This document shows positions 1 through 10,275 of a stretch of DNA of 64,000 nt, in pieces. The DNA is from Actinomycetes bacterium. Its GTDB lineage: Bacteria; Planctomycetota; Phycisphaerae; JAACET01. Below the pieces are notes generated by a model. The model was given only the letters and a program-made list of their open reading frames with translations. It did no database searches and was not told the DNA's origin. The first letter of the stretch is position 1. Each line of letters begins with the position of its first letter. The position numbers and the translations under genes are program-made. The DNA is taken from contig JAUXAG010000011.1 in the NCBI GenBank assembly GCA_030614915.1, positions 26,516 through 90,515 on the forward strand, given 5' to 3'.

Positions 1-39
1 AAGGGTCCTTTGGAAACCTTAACGTACCCGCTGAGGTTA

Positions 40-68
40 TTGACTTTCTGGACAGCTCGGGTTAGACT
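40..68 (+). promoter_or_regulatory. Putative sigma70 promoter of ndk (TTGACT-N17-TAGACT)
   Basis: -35 TTGACT at 40-45, 17-nt spacer, -10 TAGACT at 63-68, ~75 nt upstream of the ATG at 143. Confidence 0.55.
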
Positions 69-142
69 ATGGCCTGGAGTTAGCCCCGGGCCAGCCGCTA
101 GTGGCTGCTCGGCCTGAAGTTTCATTACTGCAAGGTGCTTCC

Positions 143-1333
143 ATGAAGAACGAGTTGACCTACGCCCTGATAACCCCCTATTCGATTGTCAAGAGCCGGA
201 CCGGCGGTATCATTGGACGGCTGCTACGCTTGAGCAATCTCGAGCTCGTCGGAGCCCGCATGTATGTCTTCTCCGACGACTTCGTCGATACCTATGCTCG
301 CGACTTGCGGGGAACTACCGCTGATCCTGCCCTGGGCCAGGGATGGTTCGATTACATCAAGGAGAACTTCAGTCGCGGCAACCGCTTCGGCATCTTGCCC
401 CGCTGTATGCTCTTGTTGTTCCGTGGAGACGATGCTCGTCGGCATCTCAAGGACGAGGTCATCGGTTCTTTCACCCGCACACCGGTGGGCGATACTCTGC
501 GGGGAACCTATGGCGATTTGGTCTTTGATGTCTGGGGCAATGTGGACTATTTCGAGCCGGCGGCGATTAGCGCTCCCAACGACGAAGCCAATAACAGGCA
601 CTTGGCCCTGTTCGCCAAGTACGCCATGAGCGACGGCGGCCTCCTGGAAGACCAACTCACCTTTCCCGATGGCCAAAACATCGAGACTTCCCTGGTCCTG
701 CTCAAGCCGGACAACTTCGAGCGCCCCAGCGGCCAGGCCGGAAATATCATCGATGTCTTCAGCCGCACCGGCTTATTCATGGCCGGGGCAGAGGTCGTCA
801 GTATGACCGCCGGACAGGGCATCGAGTTCTACGGGCACCTCCGTGAGCTTTTCGTAGATAGACTCAAAGGATCAGTCAAGAGCCGACTCGATGAGGCCCT
901 TTCCAACACTTTTAATTTTCAAATCAGTGATGAAATCTATGAGCAGATGGCCGATGAGCTCAGGCAGCTAAATGCCCAGCACGAGTTTGAGCGCATCGTC
1001 CATTACATGACCGGCGTGGACCTTAACGAAATTACCGATCCTCAGCAGCGGCAGAGAACCTCGCACACCAAGTGCCTGGCCATCCTCTATCGTGGACCGG
1101 ATGCCATAACCAAGATTCGCACTTGGCTCGGAGCCACTAATCCCAGCGAAGCCATGCCTGGCACTGCCCGTTCGGAATTCGCTCAGGACCTCATGCGCAA
1201 CGGCGCCCACGCCTCCGATTCGCCGCAAAGCGCCATGCGCGAAAGGCAGATACTCGCTCTGGACAAGGAACGCTCGGATACTTGCCGGGTTAAGCAGATG
1301 ATCGAGGAGTATCTCGCTTCAGTGGCCAAATAG
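143..1333 (+). CDS. ndk: Nucleoside diphosphate kinase, tandem double-domain form
   Basis: C-terminal domain has TSLVLLKPD, GATNP..A.PGT.R and RNGAHASDS (catalytic His). N-terminal domain is homologous (TYALITPY, GDTLRGTYG) but lacks the His. ATG at 143 preferred over GTG at 101. Confidence 0.85.
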   Translation: MKNELTYALITPYSIVKSRTGGIIGRLLRLSNLELVGARMYVFSDDFVDTYARDLRGTTADPALGQGWFDYIKENFSRGNRFGILPRCMLLLFRGDDARRHLKDEVIGSFTRTPVGDTLRGTYGDLVFDVWGNVDYFEPAAISAPNDEANNRHLALFAKYAMSDGGLLEDQLTFPDGQNIETSLVLLKPDNFERPSGQAGNIIDVFSRTGLFMAGAEVVSMTAGQGIEFYGHLRELFVDRLKGSVKSRLDEALSNTFNFQISDEIYEQMADELRQLNAQHEFERIVHYMTGVDLNEITDPQQRQRTSHTKCLAILYRGPDAITKIRTWLGATNPSEAMPGTARSEFAQDLMRNGAHASDSPQSAMRERQILALDKERSDTCRVKQMIEEYLASVAK

Positions 1334-1476
1334 TTAGTGTTGCAGAAACAATATTTTGTCATTCCCGCGAAGGCGGGCTCTTACCACTGCTTTAGCGGTA
1401 ATCCAGTTTTTAGACCGTGGGCCCCTGCTTTTGCAGGGCTGACAGAACGATGCCGGCTTTCCGCGACAGGTACTAA
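1334..1476. repeat. MITE/REPIN-like composite inverted repeat containing a GTCATTCCCGCGAAGGCGGG REP unit with a 22-nt insert
   Basis: Imperfect terminal inverted repeats (ttagtgttgcagaaa / tttccgcgacaggtactaa). Inner gtcattcccgcgaaggcggg pairs with cccctgcttttgcagggctgac. Confidence 0.65.
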
Positions 1477-1521
1477 ATAGCACTTGCCATCGGATGATTC
1501 CGGACTGGGCGTTTGAAAACC

Positions 1522-2157
1522 ATGCTGATAAAAAAGTTCACCCTTGGGCAGATGGAAACTAATAGCTATGTCCTTGGCTCAGCCGGCCAGCGTAGTTGCT
1601 TGGTTATCGACGTGCCAGCCAAGCCTGCCTCCTTGCTGGACTTTCTAAGTCGCCAGAAGCTGCGCCTTGACGTTGTGGTCCTGACTCACGGCCATTACGA
1701 TCATATTGGCGGTCTCAAGGAGTTGCTCAAGGCCCAGCCACAAGCCAAACTCATTGTCGGACGCGATGCTCAGAAGGTGCTCCGCAACCCTTTGCGGAAT
1801 TACTCAGCTTTTTTTGCCCTGCCCATTTCGGGGCCCAAGGCGGATCGCTTGGTGGCTGAGCCGGAACGCATTGAGATTGACGGTCTGAGTCTGCAGGTCA
1901 TGGACCTGCCCGGTCATTCAGCCGGCTCGATCGGGCTCTATCACGCCCGGGACAAGAGCGTTTATTGCGGCGATACACTCTTCGCCGGCAGTATCGGACG
2001 AACCGATTTTCCCGGAGCTTCGCACGAACTGCTCTTGCAGTCTATCCGTAATAAATTAATGGCTCTTCCGGATGATACTAAAGTCTGGCCTGGTCACGGC
2101 GAGCAGACTACCATTGGCCTTGAGCGCCGAACCAACCCCTTTTATGGCGAGTCTTGA
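1522..2157 (+). CDS. MBL-fold metallo-hydrolase (glyoxalase II/YcbL-like)
   Basis: THGHYDHIGG, PGHS, GDTLF..SIGRTD, PGHG motifs. Confidence 0.9.
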   Translation: MLIKKFTLGQMETNSYVLGSAGQRSCLVIDVPAKPASLLDFLSRQKLRLDVVVLTHGHYDHIGGLKELLKAQPQAKLIVGRDAQKVLRNPLRNYSAFFALPISGPKADRLVAEPERIEIDGLSLQVMDLPGHSAGSIGLYHARDKSVYCGDTLFAGSIGRTDFPGASHELLLQSIRNKLMALPDDTKVWPGHGEQTTIGLERRTNPFYGES

Positions 2158-2160
2158 GTC

Positions 2161-3810
2161 ATGGCCCAAGTTTACGTTCTTCAGGGACCGGATAAGGGCA
2201 AGACCTTCCAACTGCCCCAAGGTTATGGCCTGATCGGGCGAGACTCGCCCACCATTGCCCTGACCGACACCTCTGTGTCCCGCCGCCATGCCGAGCTTCT
2301 CGAGCAGGACGGCCGATGGCTCCTGAAAGACCTCGACAGCGTCAACGGCACCTATCTGAACGGGGTCAAAATAGACCACCCCACCGAGATTCGCATCGGC
2401 GATCAGATTCGCTGCGGCTCCACGATCTTTGTCTTCGGCAGCTCCACTGAATCGCTCTTTCGGGCCGAGCCCCAGGAGGTCCAGCTCGAACCTCACCAGC
2501 ACAAGATTGACTCGACCATCATGGAGGCTGTGCCCGGTGAGTCGGACTTGGCCGGGACCGCCCCCGCTGCTCCTGAGCAGGCTGCCAATGACCTGCGGGT
2601 TATGTACAAATTGGTCTCGGCCATCAGCTCCATCTTCGACCTCGACCAATTGCTCGAAAGGGCCATGGACCTTATCTTCGAGGTCATCTCTGCCGAGCGG
2701 GCCTTTATCCTTCTGCTCGGCGAAGACGGCACAAGTTTGATCCCCAAGGCCGTACGTACTCGTCAGGGCGAAGACCGCGAACAAATCACCGTCAGTCGCA
2801 CCATAGTCAACCACGTAATCCGCAACCGCCAAGGCGTTATTTCTTCCGATGCCCGGCGGGACGAACGCTTCAGCGGCGGCAAAAGTGTCCATGCTTTGGG
2901 CATCCGCTCGGCTATGTGCGTGCCCATCAGCGCCCGCGACAAGATACTCGGCGTGATTCACCTGGACAGCTCCGTGGCCGACGTTACCTATACCGCAGAG
3001 CACTTGAACCTTCTGCGGGCCATGGGCCATCAGGTCGGCCTGGCCATTGAGAACGCCATGCTCTACCGCTCCGGCGTCCGGGCTGAACGACTGGCCGCCA
3101 CCGGCGAGACCGTCGCCTATCTTTCCCACCACATCAAGAACATCCTGCAGGGCCTTCGCGGAGGCGGAGACGTAGTGGAAATGGCTCTCAAATCCGCCAA
3201 CACCGATACCGCCCAGAAAGGCTGGGGTATCGTCAGTCGAAACCTCGACCGCATCTACAACCTGACCATGAACATGTTGGCCTTCTCCAAGCAGCGCCAG
3301 CCTCAGCTCGAGGAAATCGACCTCGACGCTTTGATCCGAGATGTCCTCGATTTGGTCATGCCCCAGGCCCAACAGGCCAAGGTCGAGCTGGTCCACGAGC
3401 CGGGCGAGAATCTTCCCCTGCTCCTGATCGACAGTGACGGTTTCCACCAGGCTTTGCTGAACATTCTCTCCAATGCCTTGGACGCCGTCGAGCCCGGAAC
3501 CGGACGCATTGAGCTCAGCAGCGCCTTCGTCCCGGCCACTAATGCCGTGCTGGTCAGGGTCACGGACAACGGCTGCGGGATTGACCCGGAGGAGTTGCCT
3601 CGGATTTTTGAGGCCTTTCACTCCACCAAGGGACACCGCGGAACGGGTTTGGGCCTAGCCGTAGCCCGGAAGATTATCGAGGAGCACAACGGCCACATCG
3701 AAGTCGAAAGCACTCTCGGCCACGGCACCACCTTTACCATCACTCTGCCGGTTTCTTTGCAGCTTGGCTTAGCCTCCCCGGACGATTGGACGCCTGGGCC
3801 TTCACCATGA
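2161..3810 (+). CDS. FHA-GAF sensor histidine kinase
   Basis: FHA (IGR, VSRRHA, SVNGTYLNG), GAF (SAMCVPI..ILGVIHLD), H-box SHHIKN, N-box NILSNALDA, DNGCGI, GTGLGL. Confidence 0.9.
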   Translation: MAQVYVLQGPDKGKTFQLPQGYGLIGRDSPTIALTDTSVSRRHAELLEQDGRWLLKDLDSVNGTYLNGVKIDHPTEIRIGDQIRCGSTIFVFGSSTESLFRAEPQEVQLEPHQHKIDSTIMEAVPGESDLAGTAPAAPEQAANDLRVMYKLVSAISSIFDLDQLLERAMDLIFEVISAERAFILLLGEDGTSLIPKAVRTRQGEDREQITVSRTIVNHVIRNRQGVISSDARRDERFSGGKSVHALGIRSAMCVPISARDKILGVIHLDSSVADVTYTAEHLNLLRAMGHQVGLAIENAMLYRSGVRAERLAATGETVAYLSHHIKNILQGLRGGGDVVEMALKSANTDTAQKGWGIVSRNLDRIYNLTMNMLAFSKQRQPQLEEIDLDALIRDVLDLVMPQAQQAKVELVHEPGENLPLLLIDSDGFHQALLNILSNALDAVEPGTGRIELSSAFVPATNAVLVRVTDNGCGIDPEELPRIFEAFHSTKGHRGTGLGLAVARKIIEEHNGHIEVESTLGHGTTFTITLPVSLQLGLASPDDWTPGPSP

Positions 3811-4172
3811 GCCAATCACCAGCCGCCCTCTTCTAAGCCGCTCTTTTGTCGTTTGCCTGCCTCAGCGGGTATTATTTTTATTCTCCGGCCCGCCTGATCG
3901 CGCAACTCTTTTGTATAAAAGGAGATACAAAAGACTTTCTCCGGCGGATTTCGCAATTACTATGGACCCTTTCGCCTTCGAGGCATTTATGGTATAATGG
4001 GTTTGCCAAATTCTGACAGGGGCCAGGTACCGCTAAGCACTGGATCGGGGAAAATCAATTCTCTTTGTAGGTACTCGGCCGACACCTAAGACCTGCGTGA
4101 CTACCAACTGTGAAGGGACTCACCGAGATGGCTTCAGTCTTCAACTGCTTGGGCTGATTTGCGAGTAACACC

Positions 4173-5216
4173 GTGCCTATTCCAGTAACTTGCCAATGTG
4201 GTCGCCGCTTTCGAGCCAAGGACTCTGATGCCGGCAAGCGGGCCAAGTGTCCGGACTGCGGGGCTTATTTTCGCATTCCCCAGCAGGCCCCGGAGTTGAT
4301 TGCTTCCAATTCGGTTTATAGCAGCATAAAGCCCAAGTACTGTCTGACGGTTGTAAAGGGTCCCCAGAAGCTCCAGGATCACTTCCGTTTGCGACGCAGC
4401 CGGGTCACCACTGTTGGCAAGGCCTCCGACAATGCTGTGGTCCTGCCTTCGCCGACGGTTTCCCGTCACCATTGCCAGATAAGCTGGTCCCCCAAGGGTT
4501 GGTTGCTGGAGGACTTGAAGAGCACAAATGGCACCTACGTCAACGGCTCCAGAATAGACTCCAGCGCAATCCTCCATGGCAATGAGCGGATAAAGCTTGG
4601 CGATTTCGAGTTGATCTTTGAGGTCCCCAGTGTTCAACCGCCCGGACTCCAGGAGCAGCTGGAGGCTCTGCAGTCTGGTGACCCCCAAGCCAGCCGGGCA
4701 GCCGTGGAATCCCTAGCTGCTTCTGGCCGTCAAGCTGCCAATCACTTGGTTTCCAAGCTCAGCGGATTGGATACCGTATCCGGGCATCTGGCCCTGGAAG
4801 TTTTCGAGAAGCTCGGTTCTGATGCCGTCCCGGCGCTTGTCCGAGCCTTGAAGGATAAAGACAAGCTCACCCGCAGCTCTGCCGCCCGGGCCCTCGGCAA
4901 GCTGGGTTCCAAAGCTGCTTCAGCCGTGCCCAACCTTTTGCGGACCCTTGATGACCAGGACCCCACTGTTTATGCAGAGGTGGCCTGGGCCCTGGGCCAA
5001 ATCGGCTCAGCTGCCGTGCCCGGCCTGCTCGAGGCCCTGCGCTCTACCCAGCGCACGCGCCGGATAAGTGCCGCCTGGACTCTGGGACGCATCGGCCCCG
5101 AGGCCACAGAGGCCGTCCCCACCCTCAGCGAATTAGCCCGCCACCATGATCAGGAAATCAGCCGGGTTGCCACGGCTGCCCTCAAAAAAATCAATCCCTC
5201 CCAGATTAACGCCTAG
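4173..5216 (+). CDS. Zinc-ribbon + FHA + HEAT-repeat protein
   Basis: N-terminal CxC..AGKRAKCPDCG, FHA (VGK, VSRHHC, STNGTYVNG), PBS-lyase-type HEAT repeats (AVPAL..AL, AARALGKLG). Confidence 0.8.
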   Translation: MPIPVTCQCGRRFRAKDSDAGKRAKCPDCGAYFRIPQQAPELIASNSVYSSIKPKYCLTVVKGPQKLQDHFRLRRSRVTTVGKASDNAVVLPSPTVSRHHCQISWSPKGWLLEDLKSTNGTYVNGSRIDSSAILHGNERIKLGDFELIFEVPSVQPPGLQEQLEALQSGDPQASRAAVESLAASGRQAANHLVSKLSGLDTVSGHLALEVFEKLGSDAVPALVRALKDKDKLTRSSAARALGKLGSKAASAVPNLLRTLDDQDPTVYAEVAWALGQIGSAAVPGLLEALRSTQRTRRISAAWTLGRIGPEATEAVPTLSELARHHDQEISRVATAALKKINPSQINA

Positions 5217-5312
5217 CTAGCATAACGCCTTCGAACCCCACGCCTTTTTTCATCTGTGGCTAATTTCTGTATTTCTTTCTGTATTATCTGCCTCAGGCCT
5301 CCAGCCTCTTAT

Positions 5313-5705
5313 TCAGGCCACCGCCTCCAGGACCTTCTCCTCAACGAAGATTGGTACGCCCGTGCCGATTCCCAGAGCGATCGCGTCGGAAGGCCGCGAG
5401 TCAATCTGCAGAACCTTTTTACCTTGCCTGACCTGAAGCAAGGCAAAAAACGTCCTATCTCGCAGGTCGTTTATGACCACCCGTTCTACTACCCCGCCCA
5501 GCTTTTCGATGACCGAGGCCAACAGCTCATGTGTCGGTGGTCGCGGAGTGGGGTGTTTCTTCAGTCGCCGGTCGATAGCCGCAGCCTCGGTGATACCGAT
5601 GACTATGGGGAAATGTCTATCTCCGTCGATTTCCTTCAAAATGATGATTTGCCGGTCGTCGGTTTCGCTGATCACAATCCGGACCAGTTGCATTTCTACT
5701 TGCAT
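5313..5705 (-). CDS. Bifunctional nuclease domain protein (DUF151/BFN)
   Basis: FPIVIG..EA.AI, RPPTHELL, DSRPSDAIAL motifs. Confidence 0.9.
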   Translation of the reverse strand: MQVEMQLVRIVISETDDRQIIILKEIDGDRHFPIVIGITEAAAIDRRLKKHPTPRPPTHELLASVIEKLGGVVERVVINDLRDRTFFALLQVRQGKKVLQIDSRPSDAIALGIGTGVPIFVEEKVLEAVA

Positions 5706-5769
5706 GATTCAGGCCTCCCGGTGAGCGTACAACCATCATAGCCTCACCCGCCCGCCAAATCAAGTCCGC

Positions 5770-8526
5770 CTAATCAAGCTGTTCGATCTGCTGGTCCACG
5801 GCCAAGAGTTGCTTTTGATATGCCTTGAGGTTTTCCCTCTCTCTGGCCACGACTTCCGGCTTGGCTCGTTCGAGAAAATTCTCGTTGGCCAGTTTTTTCT
5901 GAGCCGAATTTATACGCCCAGCCAGTTGCTCCCGCTGTTTGTTCAGCTTGGCAAGTTCCTTGTCCGCATCCACAATCCCCGGGATAAACCCCTGCAGCGA
6001 ACCGCTCAGCACTGACGCCGCACCAGCGGGCTTCTGGCCCTCGCTCTGTACCCGAAGTTCGCTTATATGGGCCAACCGAGAGATTATCTCTCGATTAGCT
6101 TGGAGTATTTCTTTCTCCTTCCCCTCAGCTATTACCAGCAGCTCAACTTTTTTTCCAGGCGTTACCCCGTGATGGCTGCGAGTATCGCGAACGGCCCGGA
6201 TCAGCTTCTGCAGCAGACCCATAGCCTCTCCCGCTGCCGGGTCTTTCCATTCCCTCCGGGCCTTCGGCCAAGCGCTTACCGCCAGCGGTTTGTCGCCGTT
6301 GCCGAACGCCCGTTCAGGAACCACCTCGTTCAAGCGCTCCCACAGGGACTCAGTGATAAAGGGAATCAACGGATGAAACAGCCGCAGCGTATGATCCAGA
6401 ACCACAGCCAAGACCTTCCGGGCCGTCTGCCCCGAAGCTGTATCCAGGGCCGTTCTGCTCTTGATCATTTCCAGGTACCAATCGCACAGCCTGCTCCAGA
6501 AGAATTCATACAGCTTGCCGGCCGCCTCGGCAAAACGGTAGCCTTCCAGGGCTTCATCCACCTGCTCGATAGTCTCTCCCAGGCAGTGCAGTATCCAGCG
6601 GTCCTCCAACGGCAGCTCGGCCTTTTGCCAGGGCTCGGCAGGCGTGTTTTCCAGATTGCCCAGGCAAAAGCGAGCCGCGTTCCACAGTTTGTTGCAGAGG
6701 TTTCGCCCGATGTCGAATTTCTCCGAGACATTGATCAGCGTCCCGTCCGGCTGTTTTTCCTTTTTGACCGGCATGCGGACGTCCTGGGTCTCGGTAGCCA
6801 TGTAGGCCAGGCTGAAGCGCATCGCATCCGCCCCGTACTTGCTGATGATCTCCGCCGGGTCCACCCCGTTGCCCTTGGACTTGCTCATGGTCTCGCCATG
6901 TCCGTCCAGGATTTTGGAGTGGATGTACACGTGGTGGAAAGGTACCCGGCCGATATTGTGCATTCCGGTCATCACCATCCGAGCCACCCACAATGTGATA
7001 ATATCCCGGCTGGTAACCAGCACATTCGTGGGATAGAAGCTCTCCAGGGCTTGGGTTTTTTCCGGCCAGCCTAGGGTGGAGTGCGGCCAAAGGGCCGAAC
7101 TGAACCAGGTATCCAGCACATCCTCGTCCTGGCTGATATCCGCCCCGCCGCATTTCGGACAGGAACTCGGCTCGTCCATCGAGCTAAAGAAGAATCGCCG
7201 CTCGGCGAGTTCGGCATCGCTCGAGCCCACTTCGCAAGAGGCGTACTGGGCTGCATCGTAGCACTTGCGGTTCGCGCAATACCAGACGGGGATGCGATGG
7301 CCCCACCACAGTTGACGGCTGATGCACCAATCTCGGCCTTCGCCGAGCCAGTCCAGGTACGTCTTCGCATAACGCTCCGGGAAAAACTTTATGTCGCCCT
7401 TGCGGACCAGCTCGCAGGCCTGTTCGGCAAGCTCATCCAGACGAACAAACCACTGGTCGGATAGGTACGGTTCGATGGGGGTCTTGGAACGGTCCGAATG
7501 GCCGATTTCCGTCTCGTAGGGCTCGACCTTTTCTATCAGCCCCAACTTTTCGAGGTCGGCGACCACCATTTTGCGAGCCTTGAAGCGGTCCATCCCGGCG
7601 TATTTGCCGCCGTTCTCATTGATCGAGCCGTCCGGATTGAGGATGTTGATTATTTCCAGCCCGTGCCGCAAGCCCACCTGGTAGTCGTTCGGGTCGTGGG
7701 CGGGTGTAACCTTTACGCATCCACTGCCGAACTCCCGGTCAACCAGGATCGCATCGGCAATAATTGTTAGTGCCCGCTCCATCAGCGGCAAAATACATTT
7801 TTTACCGATCAGCTTTTTATAGCGATCGTCATCGGGATGCACAGCCACGCCTGTATCGCCGAGCATAGTTTCCGGCCGAGTGGTGGCCACGATAAGATGC
7901 CCCGAACCGTCGGCCAAGGGATAACGGATGTGCCAGAGATGCCCGCAAACCGTCTCGTGGAAGAGCTCGTCGTCGGCCACGGCCGTCTGCAACTGTACGT
8001 CCCAGTTGACCAGCCGTTTGCCACGATAGATCAGCCCCTCCTCGAAGAACTTCACGAAGGTAACTCGCACCGCCCGGGCGCAAACCGCGTCCAGCGTGAA
8101 GCGCTCACGCTGCCAGTCGCAGCTGCAGCCCATCAACTGCAACTGCTCGCTGATGCGCGAGCCGAATTCTTCCTTCCAGGCCCAGATGCGCTTTACCAGC
8201 TCTTCACGGCCAACGTCATGGCGACTCTTGCCCTCCTTTTCCAGCAGGCCGCGCTCGACAACGCTTTGGGTGGCAATACCCGCATGGTCCATCCCCGGCA
8301 GCCAGAGAGTATTAAAACCTCCCATCCGCTTGCGGCGGATCAGAATATCCTGAAGCGTGCAGTTCAGGGCATGCCCCAGATGCAGGGCCCCGGTAATATT
8401 TGGAGGCGGAATCACGATGCAATAAGGCTCAGCTTCTGAGCTGTCCCTAGCCCTAAAGCAGCCCTTATCCAGCCACAACTGATAGATTCCTTTTTCGACT
8501 TTTCCCGGATTGTATACTTTATCCAT
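5770..8526 (-). CDS. valS: Valine--tRNA ligase
   Basis: PPPNITGALHLGHA, DWCISRQLWWGH, TMSKSKGN, C-terminal coiled coil. Start taken at MDKVY because the upstream MRIANCE stretch is a heptamer repeat. Confidence 0.97.
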   Translation of the reverse strand: MDKVYNPGKVEKGIYQLWLDKGCFRARDSSEAEPYCIVIPPPNITGALHLGHALNCTLQDILIRRKRMGGFNTLWLPGMDHAGIATQSVVERGLLEKEGKSRHDVGREELVKRIWAWKEEFGSRISEQLQLMGCSCDWQRERFTLDAVCARAVRVTFVKFFEEGLIYRGKRLVNWDVQLQTAVADDELFHETVCGHLWHIRYPLADGSGHLIVATTRPETMLGDTGVAVHPDDDRYKKLIGKKCILPLMERALTIIADAILVDREFGSGCVKVTPAHDPNDYQVGLRHGLEIINILNPDGSINENGGKYAGMDRFKARKMVVADLEKLGLIEKVEPYETEIGHSDRSKTPIEPYLSDQWFVRLDELAEQACELVRKGDIKFFPERYAKTYLDWLGEGRDWCISRQLWWGHRIPVWYCANRKCYDAAQYASCEVGSSDAELAERRFFFSSMDEPSSCPKCGGADISQDEDVLDTWFSSALWPHSTLGWPEKTQALESFYPTNVLVTSRDIITLWVARMVMTGMHNIGRVPFHHVYIHSKILDGHGETMSKSKGNGVDPAEIISKYGADAMRFSLAYMATETQDVRMPVKKEKQPDGTLINVSEKFDIGRNLCNKLWNAARFCLGNLENTPAEPWQKAELPLEDRWILHCLGETIEQVDEALEGYRFAEAAGKLYEFFWSRLCDWYLEMIKSRTALDTASGQTARKVLAVVLDHTLRLFHPLIPFITESLWERLNEVVPERAFGNGDKPLAVSAWPKARREWKDPAAGEAMGLLQKLIRAVRDTRSHHGVTPGKKVELLVIAEGKEKEILQANREIISRLAHISELRVQSEGQKPAGAASVLSGSLQGFIPGIVDADKELAKLNKQREQLAGRINSAQKKLANENFLERAKPEVVARERENLKAYQKQLLAVDQQIEQLD

Positions 8527-8620
8527 CTCGCAATTCGCAATCCGCAATACGAGCTTCCTTTGCGTCTTTTTTTATCTACTTTGTGCCTTTGTGCCTCTGT
8601 GCCTGTGTGCCTTTGTCTTT
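8527..8620. repeat. Short tandem repeats (tcgcaat x3; ctttgtgc/ctctgtgc octamers)
   Basis: tcgcaattcgcaatccgcaat at 8528-8548; ctttgtgcctttgtgcctctgtgcctgtgtgcctttg at ~8580-8615, overlapping the cimA 3' end. Confidence 0.8.
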
Positions 8621-10237
8621 ATCCTCTTCCAGCAGCAGCTTGTATTCCACCGAATCGACCAAGGCCAACCAAGAGGCCTCGATGATGTTTTCGCTAACGC
8701 CTACCGTTCCCCATTGGTGCTTGTCGTCGCGGCTCTGTATGACCACACAGACCTTCGCGGCTGTACCCTCTCTGGGGTTTATGACACGAACTTTATAATC
8801 GACGAGCCTTATTTCGTTCACGATGGGGTAGTGCGGTTGTAGTCCTTTTCTGAGGGCCTGATCCAGGGCATTCACTGGGCCGTCGCCCTCGGCTACGCAG
8901 TACTCCGTGTAACCATTGACTAAAATCTTGACGATAGCCTCGGTCAATGGCTCACCCACACCTCTACGGAGAATAGACGTACGATAATGATCCAACTCGA
9001 AGAAGCGGTGCCATCGCCCAAGAGCCTTGTGCAGAAGGATCTCGAAACTGGCCTCGGCGACCTCGAACTGATAGCCCTCGTTCTCCAGGTCTTGAACCTC
9101 ATTGAGAACCTTGCGAAGAACTTTGCGGTCTTCGATCAGGGCCAATTTCTCGCTCTTGGCCAATATGGTAGCCGCGCCGGAGAGTTCCGAGATGATAATC
9201 CGCCGCGTGTTCCCTACGTCTTCGGGTCTGACGTGTTCATAGCTGGCCGTATCCCGCTGCATGGCGTGCGCGTGCATGCCTCCCTTGTGGGCAAAGGCTG
9301 CCGCCCCCACGAACGGCTGATAGTCGGGCCGAGTTTGCAGACTGATCTCTGCCACGTAGCGCGAAAGCTCGGTCAGCTTGCGCAGCGAACCGCTCCGCAG
9401 GCACTTTTTATTCATCTTCAGCACCAGGTTAGGCACCACCGCCGTCAAGTCGGCGTTGCCGCAGCGCTCACCAAGGCCGTTGATGGTCCCCTGCACGTGT
9501 ACCGCCCCCGCAGCTACGGCCGCCAGCGTCCCCGCCACCGCCAGAGACGAGTCGTTATGTACGTGAATACCCAGTGGCACATCCACGGTTTGACGGGCTT
9601 TGCGGAATAGTTCCCCAATGTCTTCCGGCAGCGTTCCGCCGTTGGTGTCGCACAGGCAGATCAAATCAGCCCCCGCTCCGGCTGCTCTCCTCAAGGTTTC
9701 CAGAGCATATTCGGGATTGTGCTTGTAACCGTCGAAAAAATGTTCGGCGTCGAAGATTACCTCCCGCCGGCTCCGGCGGAAAAAATCCAGCGAATCTGAG
9801 ATCATATTCAGGTTCTCTTCCAGCGAGGTCCGCAGCACCTTGCGCACGTGCAGGTCCCAGCTCTTACCCACGATGGTTACCACCGCCGCCGGGCAGGACT
9901 TCAGGGCTTTTAGCGAGCTGTCACTTTGCGGGCGGGTTTTTGGCTTACGGGTCATGCCGAAAGCGGCAATCCGCCCATGGCCCAGCTTGAGCTTCTTGAC
10001 CTCACGGAAGAAGGCCCGGTCCTTCGGATTGCTCAGCGGATACCCGCCCTCGATGTAGTCCACCCCGATATCATCCAGCCGGGCGGCAATGGAGAGCTTG
10101 TCCTTGAGGCTCCAAGACACACCCAGGGCCTGGGCCCCGTCACGCAGGGTGGTATCGTAAATGGCGATTCGTTTGGGCAATTTAGGCTTATTCTTACCCA
10201 CGTGGTACTCACTTTTCTTGACGTTGCACTGGCCCAC
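8576..10237 (-). CDS. cimA: Citramalate synthase (CimA, LeuA-related)
   Basis: YDTTLRDGAQ, YIEGGYP.SNPKD, FDAEHFFDGY, HVHND, ERCGNADL, AFAHKGGMH. Start uncertain (10237 or 10201). Confidence 0.9.
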   Translation of the reverse strand: MGQCNVKKSEYHVGKNKPKLPKRIAIYDTTLRDGAQALGVSWSLKDKLSIAARLDDIGVDYIEGGYPLSNPKDRAFFREVKKLKLGHGRIAAFGMTRKPKTRPQSDSSLKALKSCPAAVVTIVGKSWDLHVRKVLRTSLEENLNMISDSLDFFRRSRREVIFDAEHFFDGYKHNPEYALETLRRAAGAGADLICLCDTNGGTLPEDIGELFRKARQTVDVPLGIHVHNDSSLAVAGTLAAVAAGAVHVQGTINGLGERCGNADLTAVVPNLVLKMNKKCLRSGSLRKLTELSRYVAEISLQTRPDYQPFVGAAAFAHKGGMHAHAMQRDTASYEHVRPEDVGNTRRIIISELSGAATILAKSEKLALIEDRKVLRKVLNEVQDLENEGYQFEVAEASFEILLHKALGRWHRFFELDHYRTSILRRGVGEPLTEAIVKILVNGYTEYCVAEGDGPVNALDQALRKGLQPHYPIVNEIRLVDYKVRVINPREGTAAKVCVVIQSRDDKHQWGTVGVSENIIEASWLALVDSVEYKLLLEEDKDKGTQAQRHKGTK

Positions 10238-10245
10238 ATCGTTGT

Positions 10246-10275
10246 TTAGCCCCCAGGTTTATCCTGGGGGTTTCT
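10246..10275. repeat. REP-like palindrome ttagcccccaggtttatcctgggggtttct (empty form)
   Basis: Cccccagg/cctggggg stem; identical copies near 25540, 37048 and 37221. Confidence 0.85.

Noticed and set aside
2056-3636. 526-aa antisense ORF (and similar long shadows over valS, ileS and the HK)
   Set aside because: It fully overlaps a well-supported gene on the other strand, which is expected with GC-rich codon bias
8527-8547. MRIANCE N-terminal extension of ValS
   Set aside because: It is the translation of the attgcg(a/g) heptamer repeat; the ATG at 8526 gives a normal N-terminus
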